Both the position numbers and the translations under genes were made by a program. Positions 10,648 to 23,596 of a stretch of DNA of 64,000 nucleotides are shown one piece after another. A model generated the notes under the pieces. It was not told the origin of the DNA. It saw only the letters and a list, made by a program, of their open reading frames with translations, and did not search any database. The stretch is from Natronospirales bacterium (GTDB lineage: Bacteria; Pseudomonadota; Gammaproteobacteria; Natronospirales; REEB76). The stretch spans positions 170,929-234,928 of the forward strand of contig JAKAXB010000001.1 of assembly GCA_021816765.1 (NCBI GenBank), written 5' to 3'. Within the stretch, counting starts at the first letter, position 1. Every line of letters begins with the position of its first letter.

Positions 10648-11875
10648 AAAGACTGATAAGCGACTGATCGTGGGTCTCGACGTGGGCACATCCAAGGTAG
10701 TGGCCATTGTCGGCGAGGTGCTGGCAGATGGCGCCGTCGAGATCGTGGGTATCGGTTCGCACCCGTCGCGCGGACTCAAGCGCGGCGTGGTGGTGAACAT
10801 CGAATCCACCGTGCAGTCCATTCAGCGCGCGGTGGCGGAGGCTGAACTCATGGCCGGCTGTCAAATCCACTCGGTGTATGCCGGTATCGCCGGCAGCCAT
10901 GTGCGCAGCCTCAATTCCCACGGGGTCGTGGCTATCCGCGACAAGGAAGTGACCGCTGGCGATGTGGAGCGCGTCATTGATGCGGCACGCGCGGTAAGCA
11001 TTCCCGCCGATCAGAGAATTCTGCACATTCTGCCCCAGGATTTCGTCATTGACGGCCAGGATGGTATCCGCGAACCCATCGGTATGTCTGGTGTGCGTCT
11101 CGAAGTGCATGTGCACATTGTTACCGGCGCCATGAGCGCAGCGCAAAACATCGTGCGCTGCGTGGAACGCTGCGGCCTCAAGGTGGACGACATCATTCTG
11201 GAGCAGCTCGCTTCGAGCTACGCGGTACTCAACGAGGACGAGAAGGAACTGGGCGTGTGCCTGGTGGACGTGGGTGGCGGCACCACTGACATCGCGGTAT
11301 TCACCGATGGCGCCATTCGTCACACGGCGGTGATCCCCATCGCCGGCGATCAGGTCACCAATGACATCGCCGTGGCGCTGCGCACGCCCACGCACCATGC
11401 CGAGGAAATCAAAATCAAGTACGCCTGCGCCCTGCCGCAACTGGCGAGTGCCGACGAAACCATTGAGGTGCCGAGTGTGGGCGACCGCCCGCCAAGGCGG
11501 CTCGCGCGCCAGACGCTCGCCGAGGTGGTGGAACCGCGTTACGAGGAATTGTTCAGCCTGATTCAGGCGGAGATGCGCCGCAGCGGTTTCGAGGACGCGG
11601 TACCCGCCGGCATCGTGCTCACGGGCGGCAGCGCCAAGATGGAGGGCGCGGTGGAACTCGCGGAGGAGGTATTTCATGCGCCGGTGCGGCTCGGTGTGCC
11701 GCAGTACGTTACCGGGCTGGTGGACGTGGTACGCAATCCCATCCACGCCACCGGTGTGGGGCTGCTGTTGTTCGGTGCGCAGAGTCTGCCACGGAATGGC
11801 GTGGAACGGCGTTCCCGCATGCAGGTGCAGGACGTCTGGCAGCGCATGAAGCAATGGTTTCAGGGTTCGTTTTGA
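10640..11875 (+). CDS. ftsA: Cell division protein FtsA
   Basis: Actin-like ATPase motifs VGLDVGTSKV and VDVGGGTTD. ATG 10640 overlaps the ftsQ end. Confidence 0.95.
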   Translation: MSRKTDKRLIVGLDVGTSKVVAIVGEVLADGAVEIVGIGSHPSRGLKRGVVVNIESTVQSIQRAVAEAELMAGCQIHSVYAGIAGSHVRSLNSHGVVAIRDKEVTAGDVERVIDAARAVSIPADQRILHILPQDFVIDGQDGIREPIGMSGVRLEVHVHIVTGAMSAAQNIVRCVERCGLKVDDIILEQLASSYAVLNEDEKELGVCLVDVGGGTTDIAVFTDGAIRHTAVIPIAGDQVTNDIAVALRTPTHHAEEIKIKYACALPQLASADETIEVPSVGDRPPRRLARQTLAEVVEPRYEELFSLIQAEMRRSGFEDAVPAGIVLTGGSAKMEGAVELAEEVFHAPVRLGVPQYVTGLVDVVRNPIHATGVGLLLFGAQSLPRNGVERRSRMQVQDVWQRMKQWFQGSF

Positions 11876-11914
11876 GTAGTTTTGGTTTAATGAACTTGCA
11901 GAGGAGACCGGGAC

Positions 11915-13084
11915 ATGAATTGGACAATCGAAGAGGATGTGAATCAGAGCGCCGTAATCAAGGTGATCGGCGTGGGCGGCGGCGGCAACAATGCCGTGCA
12001 ACACATGGTGGCCAGCGGTATCGAAGGCGTGGATTTCATCGCCGTCAATACCGATGCGCAAGTGCTCAAAAAGATCAATGCGCGCACCACGCTGCAGATC
12101 GGCAGCAATCTCACCCGTGGTCTGGGCGCGGGGTCCAATCCGGAAACCGGCAAGCAGGCCGCACTGGAGGATCGCGAGCGTCTGGAGGAAGTGCTGCGCG
12201 GCAGCGACATGGTGTTCATTACGGCCGGTATGGGCGGCGGCACCGGTACCGGCGCCGCGCCGGTGGTGGCGCAGGTGGCGAAGGAACTGGACGTACTGGT
12301 GGTGGCGGTGGTCACCAAACCCTTTCCCCACGAAGGCAGCAAACGCATGAAGGTGGCGGAACAGGGTTTGGCGGAGCTTGGGCAGTATGTGGATTCGCTC
12401 ATCGTGATCCCCAACGAAAAACTGTCCGCAGTGCTCGGCCGGGATATCCCCATGCTGCAGGCCTTTCAGGCCGCCAACGAGGTGCTGCACGGGGCGGTGC
12501 GCGGCATCGCCGACATCATCACCCGGCCGGGTCTCATGAACCTGGACTTCGCCGACGTGCGCACCGTGATGTCGGAGATGGGCATGGCCATGATGGGTAC
12601 GGGTCAGGCCAGCGGTGAGGGACGCGCGCGCAAGGCCACGGAGGCGGCGGTTACCAGTCCGCTGTTGGAGAATGTCAACCTGCAGGGGGCCCGCGGCATT
12701 CTGGTCAACATTACCGCCGGCATGGACCTGACCATGGGCGAATACGAAGAGGTCATGGACATCGCCCACGGTTACGCCGTGGAGGATGCCTCCATCAAGG
12801 TCGGTACGGTGCTGGACCCCTCCATGAGCAACGAGATCCGGGTGACGGTGGTGGCCACGGGACTGTCCCGACCGCAGCAGGTGCAGGCAGCGCCGCCGGT
12901 GGTGAAGCCGCTGGCGGTGGCGCCCCAGCTGGTTCCCCTGGCCCGCACCGGCACGGACGACCGCCCCGACTGGAAGAAGCTGGAACGGCCCGCCTATGTG
13001 CGGCAACGGGAGAAGGACGAGCCGGATCCCCAGAGCCAGGAGTATCTGGATATCCCGGCCTTCCTGCGCCGGCAGGCGGACTGA
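11915..13084 (+). CDS. ftsZ: Cell division GTPase FtsZ
   Basis: Tubulin signature GGGTGTGAAP and GVGGGGNNAV. RBS GAGGAG upstream. Confidence 0.97.
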   Translation: MNWTIEEDVNQSAVIKVIGVGGGGNNAVQHMVASGIEGVDFIAVNTDAQVLKKINARTTLQIGSNLTRGLGAGSNPETGKQAALEDRERLEEVLRGSDMVFITAGMGGGTGTGAAPVVAQVAKELDVLVVAVVTKPFPHEGSKRMKVAEQGLAELGQYVDSLIVIPNEKLSAVLGRDIPMLQAFQAANEVLHGAVRGIADIITRPGLMNLDFADVRTVMSEMGMAMMGTGQASGEGRARKATEAAVTSPLLENVNLQGARGILVNITAGMDLTMGEYEEVMDIAHGYAVEDASIKVGTVLDPSMSNEIRVTVVATGLSRPQQVQAAPPVVKPLAVAPQLVPLARTGTDDRPDWKKLERPAYVRQREKDEPDPQSQEYLDIPAFLRRQAD

Positions 13085-13289
13085 CAGGCGGCAAAGTGAA
13101 AGCGGCGTAAGGCCTTGAAAAACCTTGTTTCACGCGGCGCCCCTGTGCTACCGTACCCGTCCGCGGTTTTGTCAACAGATGGCGTCCCCGGCCATGTCTG
13201 AGGGTGTGTCGCGGTGGCTTTGGCAAGCACCTGCCCGTTAGGGTGGGGCGCAATGCGGGGTTCCGCTGGAATTGGGTAGTACGAACGGC

Positions 13290-14201
13290 ATGCTGAAACA
13301 GCGTACGCTTAAGAACTGTATCCGCGCCACCGGCGTGGGTTTGCACACGGGTGAGAAGGTCTATATGACCCTGCGCCCGGCCACACCCAATACCGGCGTC
13401 GTTTTCCGCCGCGTGGATCTGGAAAAACCCGTTGATATCCGTGCCAATGCCGAAAACGTCGGCGATACCATGCTGGGCACCACCCTCGTGAACGGCGACA
13501 TCCGCGTATCCACGGTGGAACACCTGTTATCCGCGTTTGCCGGTCTCGGTATTGATAATGCCTATGTGGATTTGAGCGCTGCGGAAGTGCCGATCATGGA
13601 TGGCAGCGCCGGGCCGTTCGTGTTCCTGCTGCAATCCGCCGGCATCGAGGAGCAGAACGCGCACAAGCGCTTTATCCGTATCCGCGATTCACTGGAAGTG
13701 CGCGACGGTGACAAGTGGGCGCGCTTTGAACCCTTTGATGGTTTCAAGGTGAGCTTCCAGATTGACTTCAATCACCCCATCTTCAAGAAACACACACAGA
13801 GCGCCAGCGTGGACTTTTCCACGACTTCCTTCGTGAAGGAAGTGAGCCGCGCACGCACATTCGGTTTCATGCGTGATATCGAAATGCTGCGCCAGCAGCA
13901 TCTCACGCTGGGCGCATCGCTGGACAACGCCATCGCACTGGATGATTATCGCATTCTCAACGAGGATGGGTTGCGTTACGAGGACGAGTTCGTCAAACAC
14001 AAGATTCTTGATTCCATCGGCGATCTCTATCTGCTGGGACACAGCTTGATCGGCGCCTTCAGCGCCTACAAATCCGGCCACGGTCTCAACAATGCTTTAC
14101 TGCGCGCGCTTCTGGCGCAACAGTCTGCCTGGGAAGAAGTTACCTTTGATGATGCGGCGACCGCGCCCATCTCCTACATGACACCGGTGCACGCTTTATA
14201 G
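13290..14201 (+). CDS. lpxC: UDP-3-O-acyl-N-acetylglucosamine deacetylase
   Basis: About 303 aa with canonical N-terminus [20 protein letters not shown]. Follows ftsZ as in E. coli and Pseudomonas. Confidence 0.95.
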   Translation: MLKQRTLKNCIRATGVGLHTGEKVYMTLRPATPNTGVVFRRVDLEKPVDIRANAENVGDTMLGTTLVNGDIRVSTVEHLLSAFAGLGIDNAYVDLSAAEVPIMDGSAGPFVFLLQSAGIEEQNAHKRFIRIRDSLEVRDGDKWARFEPFDGFKVSFQIDFNHPIFKKHTQSASVDFSTTSFVKEVSRARTFGFMRDIEMLRQQHLTLGASLDNAIALDDYRILNEDGLRYEDEFVKHKILDSIGDLYLLGHSLIGAFSAYKSGHGLNNALLRALLAQQSAWEEVTFDDAATAPISYMTPVHAL

Positions 14202-14233
14202 GGTTGTGCGGACCCCACCCATGTTCCAGGACG

Positions 14234-14707
14234 CTAACGCCGCGGCGCGCGGTTACGGGCAAGACGTCGAAGTGAGCGGCTGAGCGGCCCGTCCTCCAGC
14301 CCGGCGGCGGTATTTTCAAGGATTTGGCGTACGGCATCCGGCAATGTCCTGGGTGACGGTTTGGGTCCGGGAGGGAGAGGCGGTTCGGGCAGAATCTTGA
14401 CTTTGACTGCGGTGCAACGCAGGTTGTCGGCGGCGAGCCTTTGCAGAAGTTGCTGCTGCTGATAGCGGACAGGCATCGCGGTGGCGGCGCTGTCCATGTA
14501 TATGACCAGCGTGCCGGTCTCCGTCTCCCGCTCGCCGCCGAGACAATGCGGTGCCAGTGCCGGCGGCAGGCGACGGCATATTTGCTCACGCAGCTGATTG
14601 AGCCGATGTGCCTCGGCCGTCAGCAGTTTGAGCGGGGAGTTGCTCTGCTGGTTGAGCAATGCGCCGAGGGAGTGGGATTGGGGAGCTGTCACGGTCGGGT
14701 TATTCAC
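14234..14707 (-). CDS. DUF721/DciA-like protein (putative replicative helicase operator)
   Basis: 157-aa ORF with GTG start. The central segment resembles the DUF721 pattern. A DUF721 gene sits between lpxC and an M23 peptidase/secA in Pseudomonas-type genomes. Confidence 0.55.
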   Translation of the reverse strand: MNNPTVTAPQSHSLGALLNQQSNSPLKLLTAEAHRLNQLREQICRRLPPALAPHCLGGERETETGTLVIYMDSAATAMPVRYQQQQLLQRLAADNLRCTAVKVKILPEPPLPPGPKPSPRTLPDAVRQILENTAAGLEDGPLSRSLRRLARNRAPRR

Positions 14708-14720
14708 TGAGGTTCAGGGA

Positions 14721-15683
14721 ATGCAGCGGATGAGTCTTATTCTATTCATAAAACGCGGCCGGGTGCGTCAAGTGGACTTGGGCAGGCCGATAATCTGGGG
14801 CAGTAGCGTGGCCCTGGCAGCGGTCACCGCGGGCGCGCTTTTTCTTGCAGGTTATGGCGTGGCCTCCTGGCTGGGCCAGTCCTCGGTACGTGCCCAGAGC
14901 TGGAAGGCCCAGCTCAGCGCCCAGGCGCGGGAAGTGGCCCAAGCCAGGCAGCTTGCCCAAGCCAATATTGACGCCCTGTCCGCCAAGGTAGGCCAGTTGC
15001 AGGCGCACATCATCCGTCTGGATGCGCTGGGTCAGCAGCTTACGCGCATGGCGGGCCTGAAGCGCGGTGAGTTCAATTTCAGCCAGCCCCCACCCGAGGG
15101 CGGTCCGGACCTGAGCGGACCCGTGCAGCATGTACCGCTGCCCGACTTCCTCAACAGTCTCGACCAGCTTTCTGCGCAGATCAACAACCGTGAGCAGCAG
15201 CTCACGGTGCTGGAAAGCCTGTTCATGAACCGCAATGTGCGCGAGCGTTCCCTGCCTTCGGGGCCGCCGGTGGTGGAGGGATACATCAGTTCGCCCTTCG
15301 GCATGCGCATTGATCCCTTCACCGGCGAACTCTCCTTTCATCCGGGCATAGATTTCGCGGCGCCGGAAGGCGAACCGGTCAAGGCGGTGGCGGCGGGAGT
15401 GGTGACTTGGGCGGCACCCGATGGCGGCTTCGGCAATCTGGTGGAGATCGACAACGGCAACGGTTATGTGACGATGTACGGGCATAACTCCAAAATTCTG
15501 GTGCATGTGGGTGAGGTGGTGAAGAAAGGCCAGGAGATCTCGCTGGTGGGTTCCACCGGCCGTTCCACGGGGCCCCATGTTCACTTGGAAGTCCTATACA
15601 ATGGAAAGCCGATCAACCCGGCGCGGTTTGTGAATGCCACGGGGCGGACGCGGCTGGCCATGATGCCCCGCAGCATGGATTAA
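14721..15683 (+). CDS. M23 family metallopeptidase (membrane-anchored, coiled-coil N-terminal part)
   Basis: M23 motifs [12 protein letters not shown] and [16 protein letters not shown]-terminal TM helix. Start taken at ATG 14721 rather than TTG 14598. Confidence 0.85.
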   Translation: MQRMSLILFIKRGRVRQVDLGRPIIWGSSVALAAVTAGALFLAGYGVASWLGQSSVRAQSWKAQLSAQAREVAQARQLAQANIDALSAKVGQLQAHIIRLDALGQQLTRMAGLKRGEFNFSQPPPEGGPDLSGPVQHVPLPDFLNSLDQLSAQINNREQQLTVLESLFMNRNVRERSLPSGPPVVEGYISSPFGMRIDPFTGELSFHPGIDFAAPEGEPVKAVAAGVVTWAAPDGGFGNLVEIDNGNGYVTMYGHNSKILVHVGEVVKKGQEISLVGSTGRSTGPHVHLEVLYNGKPINPARFVNATGRTRLAMMPRSMD

Positions 15684-15828
15684 TCTTCATCCTTGCCAGC
15701 CGCCTCGACCCGCGGCTCAGACCCTACCGGAACCCTATTGCAAGCAGGCCGGTGTGCCCACAGGGTACGCCGGCCTGCAGGTATGGGCGCCCGGACAGCG
15801 ACACAGTGGGAACAAGCGGAATAACGCC

Positions 15829-18540
<2,712 letters not shown>

Positions 18541-18584
18541 CGGACTGTTGAAAAACCGCCCACTCAGCTCCACACGAGTCGCCT

Positions 18585-19106
18585 TCAGAATGAATAGAGA
18601 CGCGTTTTCCGGCGCCCGTTTTCTTTCACGGGTTTCGCCCGTATAAACCCAAATGACTGTAACCTGCCAGCATATTCATGGGCCCGCCTGTATTGCATCC
18701 CGCACGCTTTTGCGGCTCCATAGATCGTCTCGCTGGGATGTTTCGCAATGTGGAACAGAAAGTCCCTCTCACGCTTCGTAAGCGTATCCATGCGCGCGAC
18801 GGGAATGACATTAAATGTTCCTGACACCAGCCAACTCCACGCGAGATCCATTCCACCGCAAGAGTGTTTTGCCTCACCCGTAAGCGAGGTACGCAGAGTC
18901 GGCCATACGCGCAGAAATACGTCCCGCCCCAGGTAATGGATGAATTCACGCGGAGTCATGCGAATGACCGATTCATGCAGATACGACGGGTGTGCCTCCT
19001 CGATCCGCTTCCTCCATGTCTCCCTCTCGACATCCCGATCCCAGAACACGCGCCGGCTCACCTCCTCCCAGGGTGCCACGTGGGTTTTGTGGCCGTGCGT
19101 CTTCAT
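18585..19106 (-). CDS. Hypothetical 173-aa protein with predicted C-terminal winged-helix DNA-binding region; putative partner (antitoxin/regulator) of the upstream nucleotidyltransferase
   Basis: ATGA start/stop overlap with the upstream gene. The C-terminal about 60 aa (LTKRERDFLFHIAKHPSETIYGAAKACGMQYRRAHEYAGRLQSFGFIRAK) look wHTH-like. The N-terminal part has an FWDRD..W motif. No confident family assignment. Confidence 0.6.
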   Translation of the reverse strand: MKTHGHKTHVAPWEEVSRRVFWDRDVERETWRKRIEEAHPSYLHESVIRMTPREFIHYLGRDVFLRVWPTLRTSLTGEAKHSCGGMDLAWSWLVSGTFNVIPVARMDTLTKRERDFLFHIAKHPSETIYGAAKACGMQYRRAHEYAGRLQSFGFIRAKPVKENGRRKTRLYSF

Positions 19107-19945
19107 GGCTTCGGCCCCCGGCGTTTCTGATCATGCGCCGGTTTCTTGCTCGGTGAAGTGCGTGTGTCTGATGCCACCATCATGTCTGCTTCGAGCCACG
19201 TCTGCGCAAAAAGCGCTTGCCGAACCACGCCGATGTCCTGGTACTTCTGCCACTGTGGCGCCGCAGTGATCTCGGACAATTCATCTATCAGGTCGAACCA
19301 ACGAATCGCAGCCAGTCCGTTGATGAAGGCGCGGGTTGGAAACTCGTAGGGTATTGTCTTCACAAAGTCGGTAAATGGTGCATGCTTCTCCGATAAGACG
19401 CACAAATCAAAAATGTCGCGAGCCTTCTGCCGGCCACCAGCCGGTGTATCCTGATCCAGGGTATGTCCCGTGATTGTGCGCAACTTTCGGTGATACAGTC
19501 CTTCGATAGACTCGGTCAAGACTGTTTGCCCGCCCAGTGACCGTCGTATGGCAGGGTACACCTCGTAGTATGCGTCTTCCACAAACGATACCTTGATGGC
19601 CTGTTGGCCGACACGCAGATACCCATCAAGCTGATTCGCCGCATTCTTCCCATCCACGATGACAAGCGTCTCAAACCGCAGTCCGGTTCGCTTGATATCC
19701 CGGGCGAGATCCAGCGCAGAGAAGCCTGCAGGCAGGAAATAATCCATATCCCGGGATTGCCGGTGCTGGAGCCAGAATCGGCTGAGCGCCGTGCCACCGA
19801 CGAGTTTTGCGGTTCGCAATGGAGGGTAGTCAAGATTATTCAGCAGTCGGCAAGCCTCATCTTGGAGGTATTCGACCGCGCGGCCGTCGTTCGCAATGGT
19901 TTTTTTTGACATATATGTCATTATAGTACAAACCGGGGCAGCCAC
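19103..19945 (-). CDS. AbiEii/AbiGii-family (DUF1814) nucleotidyltransferase, toxin-like
   Basis: Family motifs GGTALSRFWLQHRQSRDMDYF and KARDIFDLCVL. The GTG at 19945 gives the maximal ORF. ATG 19912 (MSKKT) is an alternative start because a TATAAT-like box lies inside the extension. Confidence 0.8.
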   Translation of the reverse strand: MAAPVCTIMTYMSKKTIANDGRAVEYLQDEACRLLNNLDYPPLRTAKLVGGTALSRFWLQHRQSRDMDYFLPAGFSALDLARDIKRTGLRFETLVIVDGKNAANQLDGYLRVGQQAIKVSFVEDAYYEVYPAIRRSLGGQTVLTESIEGLYHRKLRTITGHTLDQDTPAGGRQKARDIFDLCVLSEKHAPFTDFVKTIPYEFPTRAFINGLAAIRWFDLIDELSEITAAPQWQKYQDIGVVRQALFAQTWLEADMMVASDTRTSPSKKPAHDQKRRGPKP

Positions 19946-20059
19946 GCTGCCAGGGGCTGGTTTTCAGACGAGAACCGGGCACGTCAGGGAGTCAAATATA
20001 TACTTCCTCTTTTCTGCAGGGCCGCAGGTCTGGTCCATGCAGCCGCGAAGGAAAACAAC

Positions 20060-21007
20060 ATGCAGACCATTTCTGTGGTGGCGGCGGTACTGAAGGATGC
20101 GCAGGGCCGCGTGCTGGTCACGCAACGTCCCGCCGGCAAGCCGCTGGCGGGATATTGGGAATTCCCCGGCGGCAAGATCGAATCCGGTGAGCAGCCGTTT
20201 GCGGCGCTCCAGCGTGAACTGCAGGAAGAACTCGGGCTGGATGTGCAGCAAGCGCGGCCGTTGCTGCAACTCTCCCACGAGTATGCGGAGCAGAGGGTGG
20301 AACTGGATATCTGGCGGGTGACCCGTTGGAGCGGGGTGCCCTGTGCGCATGAATCCCAGGCGATTGCCTGGGTGAAGCCGGACGAACTTTCCCGGCGCCG
20401 GCTGTTGCCTGCCGACACGCCTGTGGTGCAGAGGCTGCGCCTGCCGCCGTGCATGCTGGTGACGCCGTCACCGGAAGACGAGACCGGCTTCCTCATGACC
20501 CTGGAAAGACGGCTGGCGGAGGGGCGGGAGTTCGTGCAATTCCGTGGGCCGGCGTTGCCGGAGCGGCAGTACGGCGTAATCGCCAGGGAAGTCATACGCC
20601 TGTGCCGGGAGTATGGCGCCCGGGTGGTGCTGAACGCCGAGCCGGAACTGGCGCGGCAGCTTGGCGCGGATGGCGCACATCTCAGCCGCGCAAGGCTCGG
20701 GACGCTTGCCCGCCGGCCGCTGTCGCAGGAATTCCTCATCGGCGCTTCCTGCCATGAGGCGGCGGACATCCGCAGAGCGGTGCAGCAGTCGCTGGATTAC
20801 GTGGTGCTGGGCGCGGTGCGGCCGACCGCGAGTCATCCGGGACGGAAACCGCTCGGCTGGGAGACATTCGCCGAGCTGGCCGCAGAAAGCAGTGTGCCGG
20901 TGTATGCCATCGGCGGCCTGACGCCGGCCGAGCTGGACACGGTGCACGCACAGGGCGGTTATGGCCTCGCCGCCATGCGTGCCCTGTGGCAGGGGACGGA
21001 AAACTAG
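20060..21007 (+). CDS. mutT: Nudix hydrolase (MutT-like 8-oxo-dGTP diphosphatase) fused to a ThiE-like domain
   Basis: Nudix box [23 protein letters not shown] in the N-terminal half and a thiamine-phosphate-synthase-like C-terminal half. This 315-aa architecture is common in Pseudomonas-type genomes. Confidence 0.85.
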   Translation: MQTISVVAAVLKDAQGRVLVTQRPAGKPLAGYWEFPGGKIESGEQPFAALQRELQEELGLDVQQARPLLQLSHEYAEQRVELDIWRVTRWSGVPCAHESQAIAWVKPDELSRRRLLPADTPVVQRLRLPPCMLVTPSPEDETGFLMTLERRLAEGREFVQFRGPALPERQYGVIAREVIRLCREYGARVVLNAEPELARQLGADGAHLSRARLGTLARRPLSQEFLIGASCHEAADIRRAVQQSLDYVVLGAVRPTASHPGRKPLGWETFAELAAESSVPVYAIGGLTPAELDTVHAQGGYGLAAMRALWQGTEN

Positions 21008-21195
21008 GACTCGTCCGGCTCGGACGGCTGCGCCTCGCCGGGAATCGCGCGTTTTTCCTGCAGCCACTCGCCCAAATCAATAAGCCGGCAGCGTTCGCTG
21101 CAGAACGGCTTCCATACCGATTCCGCGGTCCAGGGCACCGTCAGGCCGCAGCGCGGGCATTTAACCGCTGCTGGGAGGTGCGGCGTCTCGTCCAC
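21004..21195 (-). CDS. yacG: DNA gyrase inhibitor YacG (zinc-ribbon protein)
   Basis: 63 aa with CPRCG..(17)..[14 protein letters not shown] signature. Synteny coaE-zapD-yacG. Confidence 0.9.
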   Translation of the reverse strand: MDETPHLPAAVKCPRCGLTVPWTAESVWKPFCSERCRLIDLGEWLQEKRAIPGEAQPSEPDES

Positions 21196-21200
21196 GCAAG

Positions 21201-22007
21201 TCAGAGCTGGCAGCAGACCAGCTTGAAGCCGATATCACGCTTGCTCTGCTGCGGGCGGCTGTTGGCATCCTGGCGTTCCAGGAAATGGATGGTAATGCGC
21301 TGGCGACCGGCGCTGATTTCCGGGAACACGCCGCTGCTTGCCGGTACCATGACACGCACCAGCGGACAGGCGGGGCCGGCGAAAACGTGTTGGTACATGC
21401 CTTGCTCAGCCACTTCACGGGTGGGCAAGGCGCTTTCCCGGGTGAGCGCCATGAGCAGATTGATGGTATCGCGCAATGGCCGGATTTCTTTCAGCCAGTT
21501 CTGCAGGTCGCGCGCGCGGTTGGCGTGCGCCTGGGAGAGCCAGGCGTGGTAGGCTGGCAGATCAAATTGGCAGGTGCCGCCCGGAATCGCCAGGCGATTC
21601 CTGATGGTATTGAGAAATTCGTTTTCCTTGAGTCCCACGCCCAGTTGCCGCCCATCGCCGTCCATGGCGTGGCGCAATGTTTCGAGCTCGACCAGCACCG
21701 ACTGCAGGCGCGCACTGTCCACCTCGGGGCTGCCCTTGAGGCGGTTCAGGAACAGCAGACAACGTTCCAGTTCCTTGAGCACCTCGGTACGCACATCACC
21801 GCGGATAAGCAATGCAGCAATTTCCAGGATTGCGGTAACGGCAGCACGGCTGTCCCAGGGCGATGTCAGGCCGGCATGATACTCGCACTGCTCGAACAGG
21901 AATTCCAGGCGCAGGAAAGTGCGTATCCGTTCCGTGAGCGGTTGTTCGTAGGCCAGCCACTCGGCGGGCAGAAGCTCCTCGATGGGTTTTGGTTCGATGC
22001 TCAGCAT
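21201..22007 (-). CDS. zapD: Cell division protein ZapD
   Basis: 268 aa with N-terminal [19 protein letters not shown], typical of ZapD/YacF. Lies between coaE and yacG. Confidence 0.9.
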   Translation of the reverse strand: MLSIEPKPIEELLPAEWLAYEQPLTERIRTFLRLEFLFEQCEYHAGLTSPWDSRAAVTAILEIAALLIRGDVRTEVLKELERCLLFLNRLKGSPEVDSARLQSVLVELETLRHAMDGDGRQLGVGLKENEFLNTIRNRLAIPGGTCQFDLPAYHAWLSQAHANRARDLQNWLKEIRPLRDTINLLMALTRESALPTREVAEQGMYQHVFAGPACPLVRVMVPASSGVFPEISAGRQRITIHFLERQDANSRPQQSKRDIGFKLVCCQL

Positions 22008-22023
22008 GAAAAATACGCCTCGC

Positions 22024-22656
22024 TCAGGGCAGCCGTACGCCCGGGTAGCGACGCTCTGAATGCCGGACGATATCCAGGTATAACGCGTGCAGCTTACCCG
22101 CGGAGGCGGTCAATTCCGCCTGCTCGCCGGTGTTCATCAGAATATCATCTCCGGCCGCCAGACGCCGCTGCCGGTCCGTCTGTGCGGCAAGCATGGCGCG
22201 GGCGGACGCCTCACTCTCGCCATCACGTGACATCAGCCGGGCCAGTTGCACCGGCTCGGGGCAGTCCACCACCAGTACCCGGTCCACCAGCGTCCGGGCC
22301 TGCGGATTTTCCACCAGCAGCGGAATCACGGCGATGGCGTAGGAAGCGTGGCACGAGGCGAGTGCCTGCCGCAGCCGCTGGATGACCAGGGGGTGCAGCA
22401 GGGCTTCCACCCGTGCCCTCAGATTCGCGTCGCCGAACAACTGCCGGCGCAGGCGGGCGCGATCGAGCCGGCCCCGGCTGTCCAGACATGGCCCGCCGAG
22501 CAGCGCAGTCAGTTGCGTGAGAGCGGGGCTGCCGGGTGCGGTGAGCTCCCGGGAAAGGGTGTCCGCATCCACCACCGGCACGCCGAGACGCGTGAACTCC
22601 GCCGCCAGCGCGGATTTGCCGCTGGCGATGCCGCCGGTGAGGCCCACCTTGAGCAC
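22024..22656 (-). CDS. coaE: Dephospho-CoA kinase
   Basis: P-loop VGLTGGIASGKS at the N-terminus. GTG 22656 lies 5 nt after the pilD stop. The 339-aa track ORF is an over-extension into pilD. Confidence 0.9.
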   Translation of the reverse strand: MLKVGLTGGIASGKSALAAEFTRLGVPVVDADTLSRELTAPGSPALTQLTALLGGPCLDSRGRLDRARLRRQLFGDANLRARVEALLHPLVIQRLRQALASCHASYAIAVIPLLVENPQARTLVDRVLVVDCPEPVQLARLMSRDGESEASARAMLAAQTDRQRRLAAGDDILMNTGEQAELTASAGKLHALYLDIVRHSERRYPGVRLP

Positions 22657-22661
22657 GGGGG

Positions 22662-23531
22662 TTAATGGCCCCCCATCAGGTGCAGATACGCACGGGTAAG
22701 TTCGTTCCCCCACAAGAGTGCAATCCAGCCGGCCACGGCCAGATAAGGCCCGAAGGGAATGGGAATACCGCGCTGCAGGCGGCGGCTGAGAATGAGTCCT
22801 GTCCCCACCAGCGCGCCGGTCGCCGCCGCAATCAGAATGATCAGCGGCAGACGCTGCCAGCCGAGCCAGGCACCCAGCAAGGCATACAGTTTGAAGTCGC
22901 CGTAGCCCATGCCTTCCTTGCCGGTCAGCAGCCGGAAGACGTGATAGACGCACCACAGGCTCACATACCCCGCCGCCGCGCCGATGAGGGCGGAACGGGG
23001 ATCGGTGAAGGTATGGCCGAGATTGAACAGCAGGCCGAGCCACAGGATAGGCAGAGTGAGGGTGTCCGGCAGCAGTTGCTTTTCCAGGTCAATGGCCGCC
23101 AGGGCCAGCAGCGCCCAGGTGAGCAGCAGGGCTCCCAGAGCCGGCCAGCCGAAACCGAAATGCCAGGCCAGCCAGCCGGAGAGCACGCCGGAAATGATTT
23201 CAATCACGAGATAACGCGGCGAAATGCGGCCGGCGCACGCGCGGCAACGGCCGCGCAGCAGCAGAAAGCTCACGACCGGAATATTCTCCCGCGCGCCGAT
23301 GAGATGGCCGCAGTGCGGACAACGGGAACGGGGCACCACCAGGTTGTAGGGTTCCGTCGCCGCAAGCGTGGTTCCGTGCAGTTCCGCGCAATGCGCCTGC
23401 CATTCCCGCTCCAGCATGATGGGCAGGCGGTGAATCACCACATTCAGGAAGCTGCCCACGATCAGGCCGAGGCATATCGCGACCACGATAAATGCCGGCG
23501 GGGTGGTCTCGAGGAAAGACACCAGGTACAT
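22662..23531 (-). CDS. pilD: Prepilin peptidase / N-methyltransferase PilD (A24 family)
   Basis: 289-aa polytopic protein with Cys pairs CPHC..CRAC and A24 membrane core. pilB-pilC-pilD order. Confidence 0.93.
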   Translation of the reverse strand: MYLVSFLETTPPAFIVVAICLGLIVGSFLNVVIHRLPIMLEREWQAHCAELHGTTLAATEPYNLVVPRSRCPHCGHLIGARENIPVVSFLLLRGRCRACAGRISPRYLVIEIISGVLSGWLAWHFGFGWPALGALLLTWALLALAAIDLEKQLLPDTLTLPILWLGLLFNLGHTFTDPRSALIGAAAGYVSLWCVYHVFRLLTGKEGMGYGDFKLYALLGAWLGWQRLPLIILIAAATGALVGTGLILSRRLQRGIPIPFGPYLAVAGWIALLWGNELTRAYLHLMGGH

Positions 23532-23596
23532 GCGCGAGCCTTGTGAGAACGGTTAAGGAAAGGGGCGCGGTCCGCGCCCCTTTGAACGGGAGGCGA

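Noticed and set aside
10613-13006. Very long antisense ORFs. Examples: 10613..13006 (-, 797 aa), 24389..26608 (+, 739 aa), 51339..53270 (-, 643 aa), 57259..58758 (-, 499 aa), 8102..9274 (-, 390 aa), 802..1746 (-).
   Set aside because: They lie opposite unmistakable conserved genes (ftsA/ftsZ, pilB, sucCD, rluD/pgeF, murC). Their composition is Arg/Ala/Gly/His-rich and low-complexity. They are the expected stop-poor shadow frames of high-GC DNA.
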